Shown here: one piece after another, positions 27,849 to 38,830 of the stretch
Layout of the letters: each line of letters opens with the position of its first letter
How positions within the stretch are numbered: position 1 is the first letter of the stretch
DNA from: Gammaproteobacteria bacterium
GTDB taxonomy: Bacteria > Pseudomonadota > Gammaproteobacteria > Natronospirales > REEB76
Assembly: GCA_050739335.1 (NCBI GenBank)
Contig: JBOIBB010000024.1
Location: forward strand, 1-51,414
Direction: 5' to 3'
Length of the DNA: 51,414 nucleotides
Position numbers and translations under genes: made by a program
Notes under the pieces: model-generated
Databases searched by the model: none
The model's input: the letters and a program-made list of their open reading frames with translations, nothing else
Told to the model about the DNA's origin: nothing

Positions 27849-28295
27849 TCAGTGTCCTGGCGGTCGGCGGCGCACCGGCGCCATGATAGTGAGCGACGAG
27901 CCGTCCGAAAAGCTCAGCAGCAGCGTGACCAAGTCACCCTCGTAGAGCCGATGCACCGGCTTGGTGATGCGCAGTTGCTGGCCGCCGGGCGCGAGCGTGA
28001 CGCTTTGGCCTGCTGGGAGACGGAGTGGCGTCGATGCCGGCGGCGGCCCCGCCTGTCGGGACTCGGGCGTCTGCACCACGTTGACCGACCCGAAATCCGG
28101 ACTCGTGATGCGGGTGAGGGTGAGCAACTGATCGGTGTGGTTGGTGAGCGTTAGGAATCCTGCCATGAACTCGACGCCCGCGGGTGCCGCACGCACCCAC
28201 ACGCCGCTGGCACTGACTGAAGGTCCGGCCGCGAGGCTCAAGCCTGGAACCACAAGCAGGGTGGCGAGCAGTACCGTGCAAAGATAGGCTCTCAT
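27849..28295 (-). CDS. PCu(A)C/DUF461-like periplasmic protein lacking the usual Cu-binding residues
   Basis: Start is taken at MRAYLCTVLLATLLVVPGLSLA| (signal peptide). The overall pattern (AGFLTLTNHTDQLLTL…LPAGQSVTLAPGG…GDLVTLLLSF) resembles the copper chaperone PCuAC. The H…M / PGGxHxM positions read VNVVQT and PGGQQLRI. It lies 13 nt upstream of psd. Confidence 0.5.
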   Translation of the reverse strand: MRAYLCTVLLATLLVVPGLSLAAGPSVSASGVWVRAAPAGVEFMAGFLTLTNHTDQLLTLTRITSPDFGSVNVVQTPESRQAGPPPASTPLRLPAGQSVTLAPGGQQLRITKPVHRLYEGDLVTLLLSFSDGSSLTIMAPVRRRPPGH

Positions 28296-28427
28296 GGACG
28301 GACTCCGTAACGTGCGCCAATAGTACGGTATTGCCGGGCTACTACGTGACCGACAACGCAAGGCTGCCGAAGGGTGGCGGCATCCGCATGTACGCGGGCC
28401 TATCGCTTATGATACGCGCTCGCAGTT

Positions 28428-29375
28428 GTGGAGCCGGGCGTGGACAGTTTCGAGGAGATCAGTAGCGATTTGCACAGCCTCGCGGATTTTGTACGCTGGG
28501 GCGCGAGCGAATTCGCGCGAGCTCAATTGACGTTCGGGCATGGTACGGACAATGCCGTCGACGAAGCGCTCAATCTGGTGTTGCACGGGTTGGGCCTGGA
28601 TCATGATTGTCCGGAGTGGATTCTGAACGCGCGGCTGACTGCGGGTGAGAAGCGCACGGTTTATGAACTGCTGCGGACGCGGGTCGTGACGCGCAAGCCG
28701 TATGCTTATATAACCCACCGTGCGCGCTTTGCCGGATTGGACTTCTACGTGGACGAGCGCGTGCTGGTACCGCGCTCGCCGCTTGCCGAACTGATTGAAC
28801 GTGGCTTCGAGCCCTGGGTGAGCCCCGAACGCGTGACCCGGGTGCTCGACTTGTGCACTGGCAGCGGCTGCATCGCGGTGGCCTGCGCCGAGGCATTTCC
28901 GGCGGCACAGGTGGACGCTGCTGATATTTCGGGAGAGGCCCTCGAGGTAGCACGCATCAATGTCGAGCGTTACCAGTTGGCCAAACGGGTACGGCTCCTG
29001 CGCGCTGATGTCTTCGAGGGTCTCGGGCAGGCGCGCTACGACATCGTTGTGAGTAACCCTCCTTATGTGGATGCCGAGGACATGGGGACGCTCCCGGATG
29101 AGCATCGGCACGAACCCGCGCTGGGACTTGCCGGTGGTAGTGACGGCCTGGCGGTAGTGCGCCGGATCCTGGCCGGCGCGGCCGACCACCTCGCGAGCGG
29201 CGGCATCCTGGTGGTCGAGGTGGGCAACAGCCGCCGAGCGCTCGAGCGTGATTTCCCGGAGGTGCCGTTCGTGTGGCTCGAGTTCGAGCGGAGCCAGGCC
29301 GAAGTGTTTTTGCTGAATGCCACGCAAGTGCACGCGCTGCGCTCACCGGCACAGGAGGTGCGGCATGTCGGGTAA
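28428..29375 (+). CDS. prmB: 50S ribosomal protein L3 N5-glutamine methyltransferase
   Basis: 315 aa with a GTG start. It has the N-terminal [12 protein letters not shown], the SAM motif [12 protein letters not shown] and the catalytic NPPY. It sits upstream of aroC as in E. coli. Confidence 0.85.
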   Translation: MEPGVDSFEEISSDLHSLADFVRWGASEFARAQLTFGHGTDNAVDEALNLVLHGLGLDHDCPEWILNARLTAGEKRTVYELLRTRVVTRKPYAYITHRARFAGLDFYVDERVLVPRSPLAELIERGFEPWVSPERVTRVLDLCTGSGCIAVACAEAFPAAQVDAADISGEALEVARINVERYQLAKRVRLLRADVFEGLGQARYDIVVSNPPYVDAEDMGTLPDEHRHEPALGLAGGSDGLAVVRRILAGAADHLASGGILVVEVGNSRRALERDFPEVPFVWLEFERSQAEVFLLNATQVHALRSPAQEVRHVG

Positions 29376-30474
29376 TACCTTCGGTAGAACTTTTACCGTG
29401 ACCAGCTTCGGCGAAAGTCACGGCCCGGCGCTGGGGTGCATCGTGGACGGTTGCCCACCGGGGCTGGAGCTGAGCGAGGCCGACTTGCAGCACGATGTCG
29501 AGCGGCGCCGTAGCGGCACCTCGCTCTACACCTCCCAGCGCCACGAGCCTGATCAGGTTGAGATCCTGTCCGGAGTGTTCGAAGGACACACCACGGGCAC
29601 CTCCATTGGTTTGCTGGTGAGAAATACCAATCAGAAGCCCCAGGATTACGAGGCCATCAAGGACATGTTCCGGCCGGGGCACGCCGATTACAGTTACTGG
29701 ATGAAATACGGCCGTCGCGACTGGCGCGGCGGAGGCCGGGCCTCGGCACGCGAGACCGTGATGCGTGTGGCGGCGGGCGCAATTGCACGCAAGTATCTGC
29801 ATGGGCATTACGGCGTGGTGATTCGCGGGTGGCTCGCGCAGCTCGGGCCGCTGGTGCTCGAGGCAAAAGACCTGGACGCAGTCAATTCCAATCCGTTTTT
29901 TTGTGCCGACCCGGCGCGCGTTCCGGAACTCGAGGCCTGCATCAATGCGCTGCGCAAGGCAGGTGATTCGGCCGGTGCCCGCGTGACGGTAGTTGCGCAC
30001 GGCGCGCCGCCCGGCTGGGGTGAACCGGTCTTCGACAAACTCGATGCCGCTATCGCCGCCGCGATGATGGGCGTCAACGCCGTCAAGGGCGTGGAAATTG
30101 GCGCGGGCTTCGCTGCCGTGACTCAGAAGGGTAGCGAGCACCGCGATCAGATGACGCCGGAAGGTTTTTTGTCCAACAACGCGGGCGGTATTCTCGGCGG
30201 CATTTCCACCGGGCAGGACATTGTAGTGAGCCTCGCGCTTAAGCCGACTTCGAGCATCAGGCTGGCGGCACGTACCGTAGACACCGCCGGCGAGGCCACC
30301 GAAATCAGTGTGCACGGTCGGCACGATCCCTGCGTGGGAATCCGTGCGACGCCGATTGCCGAAGCCATGCTGGCTCTGGTGCTGATGGATCACGCGTTAC
30401 GCCAGCGTGCGCAGAATGCCGATGTGCATGTACCGCTTGCGCCACTTGCGGGTGTGCGTTCCAAGTCTGATTAA
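29365..30474 (+). CDS. aroC: Chorismate synthase
   Basis: Starts [33 protein letters not shown]… and is conserved throughout. The track N-terminal extension from 29317 is rejected. Confidence 0.95.
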   Translation: MSGNTFGRTFTVTSFGESHGPALGCIVDGCPPGLELSEADLQHDVERRRSGTSLYTSQRHEPDQVEILSGVFEGHTTGTSIGLLVRNTNQKPQDYEAIKDMFRPGHADYSYWMKYGRRDWRGGGRASARETVMRVAAGAIARKYLHGHYGVVIRGWLAQLGPLVLEAKDLDAVNSNPFFCADPARVPELEACINALRKAGDSAGARVTVVAHGAPPGWGEPVFDKLDAAIAAAMMGVNAVKGVEIGAGFAAVTQKGSEHRDQMTPEGFLSNNAGGILGGISTGQDIVVSLALKPTSSIRLAARTVDTAGEATEISVHGRHDPCVGIRATPIAEAMLALVLMDHALRQRAQNADVHVPLAPLAGVRSKSD

Positions 30475-30521
30475 CCGGGAGCGTAAAATCAGCCAGTTCG
30501 TGTGCGGCCAGGGAGTAAGTA

Positions 30522-31544
30522 GTGAAGACCTTTGATGTGGTGGTGTTGGGTGCAACCGGTGCCGTGGGCACCAGCATGCTCGAGATCCTCGCGGAGCGCG
30601 AGTTCCCGGTGGGCCGGGTGCATGCGCTCGCCAGCGCACGCTCGGCCGGCAAACGTGTGGAGTTCGCCGGGCGCGAGCTCAAGGTCGAAGATGCCGCCAA
30701 ATTCGATTTTTCTGAGGTGCAGCTCGGACTGTTTTCCGCCGGCTCGGCGGCTTCGGAGAAATACGTGCCACCCGCGACCGCGGGCGGCTGCGTGGTGATC
30801 GACAATACCTCGCGCTTTCGCTATGACGACGACGTGCCGCTCGTAGTATCCGAGGTCAATCCCGGGGATATTGCCCAGTACAAGACGCGCGGCATTATCG
30901 CCAACCCGAACTGCTCGACCATGCAGATGGTCGTGGCCCTGAAACCGATTCACGCCGCGGTCGGTGTCGAGCGCATCAACGTCGCGACCTACCAGGCGGT
31001 GTCGGGCGCGGGCGCACGCGGAATCGAGGAACTGGCACGGCAGACTGCACGGCTATTGAATGCGCAACCGCTGGAGCCGAGCGGCAAGTTCCCGAAGCAG
31101 ATTGCCTTCAATGTGTTGCCGCACATCGATGAATTCCAGGAGAACGGTTATACCCGCGAAGAGATGAAAATGTTGTGGGAGACCCGCAAGATACTCGGTG
31201 ACGACTCGATCCGGGTGAACGCCACCGCGGTGCGGGTGCCGGTGTTTTACGGGCACTCCGAGGCCGTGCACATCGAGACCCGCGACAAGATTACAGCCGC
31301 CGAGGCGCGCGAGCTGCTGCGTGCCGCGCCGGGCGTAGAGGTTTTGGATGAGCGTCGCGCGGGGGGGTATCCGACTCCGGCCACCGAGGCCGCCCACCAC
31401 GATGCGGTATTCGTGGGACGTATCCGGGAGGACATGTCGCACCCCCGCGGGCTCGACCTTTGGGTGGTCGGCGACAACATCCGCAAGGGAGCGGCGCTGA
31501 ACGCTGTCCAAGTGGCGGAATTATTGGTAAAAAGCTATTTATAA
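30522..31544 (+). CDS. asd: Aspartate-semialdehyde dehydrogenase
   Basis: 340 aa with a GTG start after GGGAG. It has GATGAVG, the active-site NPNCST and VRVPVFYGHSEAV. Confidence 0.95.
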   Translation: MKTFDVVVLGATGAVGTSMLEILAEREFPVGRVHALASARSAGKRVEFAGRELKVEDAAKFDFSEVQLGLFSAGSAASEKYVPPATAGGCVVIDNTSRFRYDDDVPLVVSEVNPGDIAQYKTRGIIANPNCSTMQMVVALKPIHAAVGVERINVATYQAVSGAGARGIEELARQTARLLNAQPLEPSGKFPKQIAFNVLPHIDEFQENGYTREEMKMLWETRKILGDDSIRVNATAVRVPVFYGHSEAVHIETRDKITAAEARELLRAAPGVEVLDERRAGGYPTPATEAAHHDAVFVGRIREDMSHPRGLDLWVVGDNIRKGAALNAVQVAELLVKSYL

Positions 31545-31653
31545 GCTATAGTTCGGACGCTTTTGTAAAGACTTTCTGAGCTGGTTTGGGCGCCATAACG
31601 GGTTTTGCCAGCGCGTGTGTGCGCGGCAGGGCGACTGGAATTGGGGAGAGACC

Positions 31654-34158
31654 ATGAGCAAAAAGCTGGCGTTCGTTTTGGCCTTGGCGCTGGCGCTGTT
31701 GCCGTTGACGTCGAATGCGCTTGGTCTGGGCGAGATCAAGCTGCAATCGGCACTCAATCAACCTCTGAATGCGGAAATCCCCGTAGTGGGCGCCGCCGCC
31801 GATGAAATCGGCAGCCTGCATGTAAAACTCGCGAGCCCTGGACAATTCCAGCAAGCCGGGATTCCAATGTCGCCGGTCTTGGACCAGCTCAAATTCGCGG
31901 TGGTGCAGGGCGCGAATGGTACGGCGAGCGTGCGCATTACCACCGCCCAGCCTTTTCGTGAACCGTTTCTCGATGTGCTGGTCGATGCGACTTGGGACAA
32001 CGGCGAACTGATTCGCGAGTACACGGTATTTCTGAATCCGCCGGGCTTCGAGCCGGCGACCAAGCCCGCCACGGCACTGGCCGCCGCGCCTTCCTCTGTC
32101 TCAAGCGCAACGGCGTTGACAGCGCCACCAGTCGCCGCTTCCGCAACGTCGGCGGCTAAACTTGTGATTCCGCTTGCGGCCCCGGTTTTGCCGTCGAGCG
32201 CTCCAGTCGCGCCGGCAGTGGCTGTGCCGTCAATTGCCGGCAGCGCTTCTGGCGGGACCTACGGTCCCATTCAGCGCGGTGAGACGCTCACCGAAATCGC
32301 CCTCAAGGTGCGGCCGCAGGGCGTGACCCTCAACCAGATGATGATTGCGATTTACCGCGCGAATCCTCGCGTGTTCATGCACAACATCAATCTGATGAAG
32401 GCCGGCCCGGTGCTGCGCATTCCCTCGGCCGCCGACATCCAGGCGGTGAACATCACCGATGCCAACTCCGAAGTGCGCACCCAGATAGCCGCGTGGCGCA
32501 GTCAACGTGGGTTGGCGGCGGCGCCGGCGGCACCCGCCGTGGCGGGAAAGCCGGCCCTCACTCTAGTGGCGCCATCCGCCGCAGAAAAGAATGCCGCGAG
32601 TAAGGTGTCGGGAAGTGGCGCGGGTGGCACGGGAGTGTCCGGGGCAGCCGGCGCTGGCACTGCGCAGGGCACTGCTGCTGCGGTAACTGCGGGCAAAGCT
32701 CCTATCAAGTTCCCGAGTTCCGGACTCGCAGCCGTCGAGTCGCAGGCAGCCCAGTCGAAGGCTCCGGGTGTGACCACCAGGGTGACACCGCTCACCACCG
32801 AGAAATCGGAGGTTGCCAAGCCGCTGCCGAAGAAGAAATTCGCGCCGCCGGTTCAACCGCAGCCGACGGAATCCGGCGGGATATTCAGTCCGCCAACGCT
32901 GTACATCATTATCGCGGTCATCATCCTGCTGCTGTTGATAGCTTTCCAGATCATTCGCAAGCGGCGTGCCAGCCACGGGCCGATGGGTGGCGGCCCGACT
33001 GGCGGCAAGCGCAAGGCAGGCAAGCGCGCGGCGCCCGCTGCCGAAACTTGGGATCAGCCGGATACCGGAGGCGTGGATGCGGCTCCCGCAGCGGCTGAGG
33101 CGCATGCGCCAGCGGCGGCCACCGCCGCCGCGGCGGCGCACGTAACAGCCACCGCGGGCACCACGAGTGAGCCCCAGGATCCGATTGCCGAAGCGGATTT
33201 CCACATGGCCTACGGCTTGTACGACCAAGCCGCCGAAGTGCTCAACAAGGGCCTGTCTCAGGATCCTGGCCGGCGCGACTTGCGGATGAAGCTTCTTGAA
33301 GTGTATTTCACGGCCGGCAATCGCGAGAAGTTTCTCGAAACCACGCGCAGCCTGCGCCATGAGATGGGTGAGGCGCCCGACAAGGATTGGGAAAAGGTCG
33401 CCATCATGGGCCACCAGATTGCCGCGGATGATGCCCTGTTTTCGGGCAAGGGCACGAGCGAGAAAATTCCCGCCGTGAGTGTCGATATTCCGCTCGAAAG
33501 CACCGTCGTCGGTGGCGAAGTCGAAGTGCCGGCCGTCGATCCGCTGGCGGGGGCTTTTGACCACGTGCAGCCGCCGACGGCTCCGGCGGCGCCTACGCCC
33601 AAGGAAGATACTCACGTCATAGACTTTGAATTACCGGACATCGAGCCGACGTTGCCCACACAACCGACGGGCACCAAGACCGTGACGGTTGGTGCCAAGC
33701 CCGAGAAGGCCGAAGCGACGGTGAGCGCCGATTTCGGTACGGATTCACAAGTCGAGTTCGACAAAGCACTCAAGGAATTGTCCGATTTCGTGAACACCAA
33801 TGTCCCGGTGCAGGAAGACGCGGCGGCGCCTGCGAGCGGTGCTGCGGTTGAAGCACTTTCACTGGCAGCCGATACCGACGTACTCGGCACCCTTACAGGT
33901 ACCGGAACAGGAACACGCACCGGCACGGGCACCGGTTCAGCGACCGGAATGGCTACGGCAACCGGCACGCGCAGTTCGACCAGCACAGGCGGCGAAACCA
34001 CCAGCTTGAACGAGATCGGCACCAAGCTCGATCTGGCACGTGCCTACATTGATATGGGCGACACCGAAGGTGCCAAGAACATTCTGCGCGAGGTCCTCGA
34101 GGAGGGCGACCGGGAGCAGACCGAAGAAGCACAGAAGCTGATGCAGAAGCTTCCCTGA
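31654..34158 (+). CDS. fimV: FimV/HubP-family polar landmark protein
   Basis: It has a signal/anchor MSKKLAFVLALALALLPL, a FimV N-domain, a LysM (YGPIQRGETLTEIALKV…MKAGPVLRIPS), one TM (LYIIIAVIILLLLIAF), an acidic low-complexity region and the C-terminal FimV motif LDLARAYIDMGDTEGAKNILREVL. It follows the asd-fimV-truA synteny seen in Pseudomonas. Confidence 0.85.
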   Translation: MSKKLAFVLALALALLPLTSNALGLGEIKLQSALNQPLNAEIPVVGAAADEIGSLHVKLASPGQFQQAGIPMSPVLDQLKFAVVQGANGTASVRITTAQPFREPFLDVLVDATWDNGELIREYTVFLNPPGFEPATKPATALAAAPSSVSSATALTAPPVAASATSAAKLVIPLAAPVLPSSAPVAPAVAVPSIAGSASGGTYGPIQRGETLTEIALKVRPQGVTLNQMMIAIYRANPRVFMHNINLMKAGPVLRIPSAADIQAVNITDANSEVRTQIAAWRSQRGLAAAPAAPAVAGKPALTLVAPSAAEKNAASKVSGSGAGGTGVSGAAGAGTAQGTAAAVTAGKAPIKFPSSGLAAVESQAAQSKAPGVTTRVTPLTTEKSEVAKPLPKKKFAPPVQPQPTESGGIFSPPTLYIIIAVIILLLLIAFQIIRKRRASHGPMGGGPTGGKRKAGKRAAPAAETWDQPDTGGVDAAPAAAEAHAPAAATAAAAAHVTATAGTTSEPQDPIAEADFHMAYGLYDQAAEVLNKGLSQDPGRRDLRMKLLEVYFTAGNREKFLETTRSLRHEMGEAPDKDWEKVAIMGHQIAADDALFSGKGTSEKIPAVSVDIPLESTVVGGEVEVPAVDPLAGAFDHVQPPTAPAAPTPKEDTHVIDFELPDIEPTLPTQPTGTKTVTVGAKPEKAEATVSADFGTDSQVEFDKALKELSDFVNTNVPVQEDAAAPASGAAVEALSLAADTDVLGTLTGTGTGTRTGTGTGSATGMATATGTRSSTSTGGETTSLNEIGTKLDLARAYIDMGDTEGAKNILREVLEEGDREQTEEAQKLMQKLP
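33886..33990 (+). repeat. In-frame Gly-Thr dipeptide low-complexity repeat inside fimV
   Basis: The translation reads GTLTGTGTGTRTGTGTGSATGMATATGTRSSTSTGG, from degenerate ACC/ACA-GGN repeats. Confidence 0.5.
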
Positions 34159-34260
34159 CCAAAAATGGTGTGCTGGACTGGAGGGGCGACGCGGTACCAC
34201 TTGCGAGGCCGCGGCACCCATAGTCTGCGGTATTGAGTTCCCGGGTGACGGTGATCACGG

Positions 34261-35058
34261 ATGCGCCTCGCGCTTGGCGTCGAATATGACGGTACGGCTT
34301 TCATGGGCTGGCAGCGGCAGTCGCATCCCGGGCGTACCGTACAGGCCTGCCTCGAAGCGGCCGTCACGCGCGTCGCCGACCACCCGATCGAAGTGACTTG
34401 TGCCGGACGGACCGATGCCGGTGTGCACGCCACCGGTCAGGTGGTGCATTTCGATACGCAGGCGCAGCGGCCGCTGTATGGCTGGTTGCTGGGACTGAAC
34501 TCGAATCTGCCCGCGGACATCGCGGTGCGCTGGGTGCAACCGGTGAGTGACGAGTTCCACGCACGCTTCCGGGCGCGGGCGCGTGAGTATCGTTACACGA
34601 TCTTGAATCGCCTGACGCGTCCCGCACTCGCGCGGCTGCAAGTCACCTGGCTGCATCACTCGCTGAACGTGACGCCGATGCAGGAGGCTGCGCAGGCGCT
34701 GGTCGGGGAACACGATTTCTCGGCGTTCCGTGCCGCCGAGTGCCAGGCCCGCTCGCCGGTGCGCACTCTGTACCGGCTGGAGGTCACGCGCTCGGGCGAG
34801 TACGTCGTGATTGAAGCGGTGGCTAACGGTTTTTTGCAACACATGGTGCGCAATATTGCGGGCGTATTGATCGCAGTCGGCACAGGACGGCAGGCGAGCG
34901 CGTGGGTGCCTGCGGTACTGGCCGGCCGCGAACGTGCACGCGCCGGTGTCACGGCGCCGGCGCAGGGCCTGTGTTTCGTGGCGGTGAGCTACGCGCTTGC
35001 CTTCGGCATTCCGGTGCCCGCGGATGCGGACTTTGCTGGTGTACCGGCGAGCGAGTGA
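34261..35058 (+). CDS. truA: tRNA pseudouridine(38-40) synthase
   Basis: Starts MRLALGVEYDGTAFMGWQRQ…AGRTDAGVHATGQVVHFD… and is 265 aa. Confidence 0.95.
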   Translation: MRLALGVEYDGTAFMGWQRQSHPGRTVQACLEAAVTRVADHPIEVTCAGRTDAGVHATGQVVHFDTQAQRPLYGWLLGLNSNLPADIAVRWVQPVSDEFHARFRARAREYRYTILNRLTRPALARLQVTWLHHSLNVTPMQEAAQALVGEHDFSAFRAAECQARSPVRTLYRLEVTRSGEYVVIEAVANGFLQHMVRNIAGVLIAVGTGRQASAWVPAVLAGRERARAGVTAPAQGLCFVAVSYALAFGIPVPADADFAGVPASE

Positions 35059-35070
35059 CGGGCTTGCAGC

Positions 35071-35709
35071 ATGCAGTCAACCGCACGCGTACGGATCAAG
35101 ATCTGCGGTCTCACGCGGCGCGAGGATGTGTGCAGCGTGGCGCATGCGGGTGCCGACGCCATCGGACTGGTGTTTTATCCACGCAGCCCGCGCTTTCTCA
35201 GTGTGACGCAGGCGCAGACACTGGCCGCGGCTGCACCGGCGTTCCTTACGGTGACGGGACTCTTTCTGGATGCCCGGGCCGAAGAAGTGCAGCGTACACT
35301 TGCGGCGGTGCGTCTCGATCTGCTGCAGTTTCACGGCGACGAGCCGCCGGAATTTTGCCGCGCGTTCGGCCGGCCCTACATCAAGGCGATTGCCATGGGA
35401 GCGCGGCCAGACCTTGAGGAGTGTGCGCGGCGCTATCATGACGCTGCGGGTTTGATGCTCGACAGCCACTCTGCGGGCGGGGCCGGGGGCACCGGTGCGA
35501 CTTTTGATTGGCGGGGAGTGATAGCGCCGGCTGGAATGCCCTTGATACTCGCGGGCGGCCTGACCGCCGCCAACGTTGCCGAAGCGATCCGCTGTGTATG
35601 GCCCTATGCCGTCGATGTTTCGAGCGGCGTGGAGACCGCGCCGGGCATCAAGGACCGCGCCAAGATCATGGGATTCGTTCACGAGGTGAACCGTGCCGCA
35701 AGTGCTTGA
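35071..35709 (+). CDS. trpF: Phosphoribosylanthranilate isomerase
   Basis: 212 aa with [13 protein letters not shown]…GADAIGLVF…LQFHGDE…LAGGL. Confidence 0.9.
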   Translation: MQSTARVRIKICGLTRREDVCSVAHAGADAIGLVFYPRSPRFLSVTQAQTLAAAAPAFLTVTGLFLDARAEEVQRTLAAVRLDLLQFHGDEPPEFCRAFGRPYIKAIAMGARPDLEECARRYHDAAGLMLDSHSAGGAGGTGATFDWRGVIAPAGMPLILAGGLTAANVAEAIRCVWPYAVDVSSGVETAPGIKDRAKIMGFVHEVNRAASA

Positions 35710-36922
35710 AGTGGCTCCGCCACCGTCGCTCCGCGAGCAACCCGACGCGGGCGGTCACTTCGGTCCCTATGGCGGATGCTTTGTCGCCGAAACGCTCATG
35801 GGCCCGGTCGAGGAGTTGCGCCAGGCCTACCTGAAATACCGCGCCGACCAGGGTTTTCAGTCCGAGCTGCAGCGTGACTTGCGCGACTTTGTCGGACGGC
35901 CGTCACCGCTTTATCCGGCCCTGCGCCTCGGCCGCGAGGCGGGCGGGGCGCGCATTTATCTCAAGCGCGAGGATTTGAATCATACCGGCGCACACAAGAT
36001 CAACAACGCACTCGGCCAAGCGCTACTCGCAAAGCGCATGGGCAAGACCCGGTTGATCGCCGAGACCGGCGCGGGCCAGCATGGCGTCGCCACGGCCACC
36101 GTGGCGGCACGCTTTGGATTCGAGTGCGTGGTGTACATGGGTGCCGAGGATATGCTCCGCCAGGCAAGCAATGTCTACCGCATGAAACTGCTGGGCGCTA
36201 AGGTCGTACCGGTGACCTCGGGTTCGCGCACACTCAAGGATGCACTCAACGAGGCCATGCGCGACTGGGTGGCGAATGTCGACAATACTTTCTACGTGAT
36301 TGGCACCGTGGCCGGTCCGCATCCCTATCCCATGATGGTGCGGGATTTTCACGTGTGTATCGGCCTTGAGGCGCGCCGCCAGATTCTCGCGGCCGAGGGC
36401 CGCTTGCCGGATGCGCTGGTCGCCTGCGTGGGCGGCGGCTCGAATGCCATCGGCCTGTTTCACGCATTCCTGGATGATGCCAACGTGGCGATGTACGGCG
36501 TGGAAGCTGCGGGCGAGGGTTTGGCGAGCGGGCGGCACGCGGCGTCGCTGAACGCCGGGCGCCCGGGTGTACTGCACGGCAACCGTACTTATCTGCTCGA
36601 GGATGCCGCGGGACAAATCCGCCCGACGCACTCGGTATCGGCCGGGCTCGACTATCCCGGGGTCGGGCCGGAACACGCCTGGCTGAAAGACATCGGCCGG
36701 GTGCATTACGGGACGGTGACGGACGATGAGGCGCTCGCCGCATTTCATGTGCTTACCCACCGCGAAGGCATCATGCCGGCGCTCGAGTCGGCGCACGCGG
36801 TGGCGTATGCGTTGCAGCTCGCAGGGCGCATGCGTGCGGATCAATTGCTGGTGGTAAATCTTTCCGGCCGGGGTGACAAGGACGTGCACACGGTGGCCGA
36901 GCGTGCGGGGATCGAGTTGTGA
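35693..36922 (+). CDS. trpB: Tryptophan synthase beta chain
   Basis: 409 aa with [15 protein letters not shown], the PLP site [11 protein letters not shown] and GGGSNAIG. It overlaps the end of trpF. Confidence 0.95.
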   Translation: MPQVLEVAPPPSLREQPDAGGHFGPYGGCFVAETLMGPVEELRQAYLKYRADQGFQSELQRDLRDFVGRPSPLYPALRLGREAGGARIYLKREDLNHTGAHKINNALGQALLAKRMGKTRLIAETGAGQHGVATATVAARFGFECVVYMGAEDMLRQASNVYRMKLLGAKVVPVTSGSRTLKDALNEAMRDWVANVDNTFYVIGTVAGPHPYPMMVRDFHVCIGLEARRQILAAEGRLPDALVACVGGGSNAIGLFHAFLDDANVAMYGVEAAGEGLASGRHAASLNAGRPGVLHGNRTYLLEDAAGQIRPTHSVSAGLDYPGVGPEHAWLKDIGRVHYGTVTDDEALAAFHVLTHREGIMPALESAHAVAYALQLAGRMRADQLLVVNLSGRGDKDVHTVAERAGIEL

Positions 36923-37728
36923 GCCGGCTGGGCGTGCGCTTTGCCGAGCTCAAGCGCGCCGGGCGTGCGGCGCTTGTGCCGTACATTACCGCGGGCGATC
37001 CCGACAAAACCGCGAGCGTGCCGCTCATGCAGGCGCTGGTCGCGGCCGGTGCCGACCTGCTCGAACTCGGCGTGCCGTTTTCCGATCCGACCGCGGATGG
37101 CCCGGTCATCCAACGCGCTTGCGAGCGTGCGCTCGCGCAGGGCACCACGCTTGCCGATGTGCTGGCGATGGTGCGTGAATTTCGCGCGGGCGATGCACAA
37201 ACTCCGGTGGTCTTGATGGGATATCTCAACCCGGTGGAAGCCTTCGGGCTAGCCGCGCTCGCCAAGGCGGCGGCCGCAGCCGGCGTCGACGGCGTGCTCA
37301 CTGTCGACATGCCGCCCGAGGAATCCGAGCCGCTGGCCGGCCTGCTGCGGACACAAGGTGTAGATCCGGTGTTTCTGCTCGCGCCCACTACCGTCGATGC
37401 ACGCCTGAAGCGTATCTGCGAAGCCGCCGCAGGCTTCGTTTATTATGTTTCCCTCAAGGGCGTCACCGGAGCCGGCAACCTCGACCTGGCCGACGTGCGT
37501 CAGCGGCTCGACGCGGTGCGCCGCCGCACGCGCTTGCCGGTGGGCGTGGGCTTCGGGGTGCGGGATGCGCGGACCGCGGCCGAGCTTGCGCGCTTTGCCG
37601 ACGCCGTGGTGGTCGGAAGTGCCATCATCCAGCGCATCGCCGGGGAGACCAGCGCCGCGGCGCGTAAGCGTGCAGCCGGAGAGTTCGTGCAGGGACTGCG
37701 TGTGGCCATGGATGCGGCGCGCGCTTGA
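36919..37728 (+). CDS. trpA: Tryptophan synthase alpha chain
   Basis: 269 aa with [10 protein letters not shown]…[18 protein letters not shown]…[13 protein letters not shown]. It overlaps trpB by 4 nt. Confidence 0.95.
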   Translation: MSRLGVRFAELKRAGRAALVPYITAGDPDKTASVPLMQALVAAGADLLELGVPFSDPTADGPVIQRACERALAQGTTLADVLAMVREFRAGDAQTPVVLMGYLNPVEAFGLAALAKAAAAAGVDGVLTVDMPPEESEPLAGLLRTQGVDPVFLLAPTTVDARLKRICEAAAGFVYYVSLKGVTGAGNLDLADVRQRLDAVRRRTRLPVGVGFGVRDARTAAELARFADAVVVGSAIIQRIAGETSAAARKRAAGEFVQGLRVAMDAARA

Positions 37729-37766
37729 TTCGACGGCCGGGTGTATCTCACTTGCTGGAGTTGCAC

Positions 37767-38690
37767 ATGAACTGGTTCAAGAAACTTGTTCCTTCGCCAG
37801 CGCACAGTGAAAATCCCCGGCCGGTGCACCGCGGCATCCCCGAGGGCCTGTGGAGCAAGTGCACTGCCTGCAACTCGGTACTCTATCGCGCCGAGCTCGA
37901 GCGCAACCTGTTCGTGTGCCCAAAGTGTGGCCACCACATGCGCCTTACCGCGCGTCAGCGGCTTGCATTGTTCCTCGATCCGGGTTCCGGCGAGGAAATC
38001 GGTGCCGCGGTCGAGCCGGTCGACATCCTGCGCTTTCGCGACACCAAGCGTTACAAGGACCGCCTCGCGGCCGCTCAAAAGGCCACCAATGAGAAGGATG
38101 CATTGGTGGCCATGCGCGGCCGGTTGAAGGATATGCCGGTCGTGGCCTGCGCCTTCGAGTTCAAGTTCATGGGCGGCTCGATGGGCTCCGTCGTGGGCGA
38201 GCGCTTCGTGCGTGCGACCAACGCCGCCCTCGAAGCACGTGTGCCGCTGGTGTGCTTCACGGCGAGCGGCGGAGCGCGCATGCAAGAGGCCCTGATCTCG
38301 CTCATGCAGATGGCAAAAACCAGCGCGGCGCTCGCGCGCCTCTCGCAGGAAGGCGTTCCGTTCATCTCGGTGATGACCGATCCGACCACTGGCGGCGTGT
38401 CGGCCTCGCTCGCCATGCTGGGCGACGTGAACGTGGCCGAACCCAAAGCCCTGATCGGCTTTGCCGGGCCACGGGTCATCGCGCAAACCGTGCATGAAAC
38501 CCTGCCCGAAGGTTTCCAGCGCAGCGAGTTTTTGCTGGAACACGGCGCGCTCGACCTGATCATCGATCGGCGTGAAATGCGCGATCGGCTGGCCTCGCTG
38601 CTCGCGATGCTGACGCGCCAACCCTTACCTAAAGAGATCAAGGAACACAGCGAGACGGCCGTAGAGACTGCCGAGCCCGGGGTTTCTTGA
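37767..38690 (+). CDS. accD: Acetyl-CoA carboxylase carboxyltransferase beta subunit
   Basis: Starts [10 protein letters not shown]… and carries the Zn-ribbon CTACNSVLY…CPKCGHH and the carboxyltransferase core [12 protein letters not shown]. The track extension from 37725 is rejected. Confidence 0.95.
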   Translation: MNWFKKLVPSPAHSENPRPVHRGIPEGLWSKCTACNSVLYRAELERNLFVCPKCGHHMRLTARQRLALFLDPGSGEEIGAAVEPVDILRFRDTKRYKDRLAAAQKATNEKDALVAMRGRLKDMPVVACAFEFKFMGGSMGSVVGERFVRATNAALEARVPLVCFTASGGARMQEALISLMQMAKTSAALARLSQEGVPFISVMTDPTTGGVSASLAMLGDVNVAEPKALIGFAGPRVIAQTVHETLPEGFQRSEFLLEHGALDLIIDRREMRDRLASLLAMLTRQPLPKEIKEHSETAVETAEPGVS

Positions 38691-38815
38691 TAGCAGTTAT
38701 TCCCGCACCGCCTTTCATCTTCAACAAGATATTGAGTGACTCCAGCACCAACATGCAGCCCAGTTATCTGTGTTATGTGCACGCGCGGGGTTGTCATGGT
38801 TGTCCGAGATGCCGA

Positions 38816-38830
38816 TGGCACGATATTTGC
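38816..38830 (+). promoter_or_regulatory. Sigma-54 (RpoN) -24/-12 promoter motif
   Basis: TGGCACG-ATAT-TTGC matches the TGGCACG-N4-TTGC consensus exactly. It lies in the accD-folC spacer and points at folC (ATG 38882). Confidence 0.45.

Noticed and set aside
33886-33990. Repetitive ACC-GGN stretch considered as a CRISPR-like or tandem-repeat locus.
   Set aside because: It is in frame inside fimV, encodes a Gly-Thr low-complexity linker, and has no repeat-spacer architecture.
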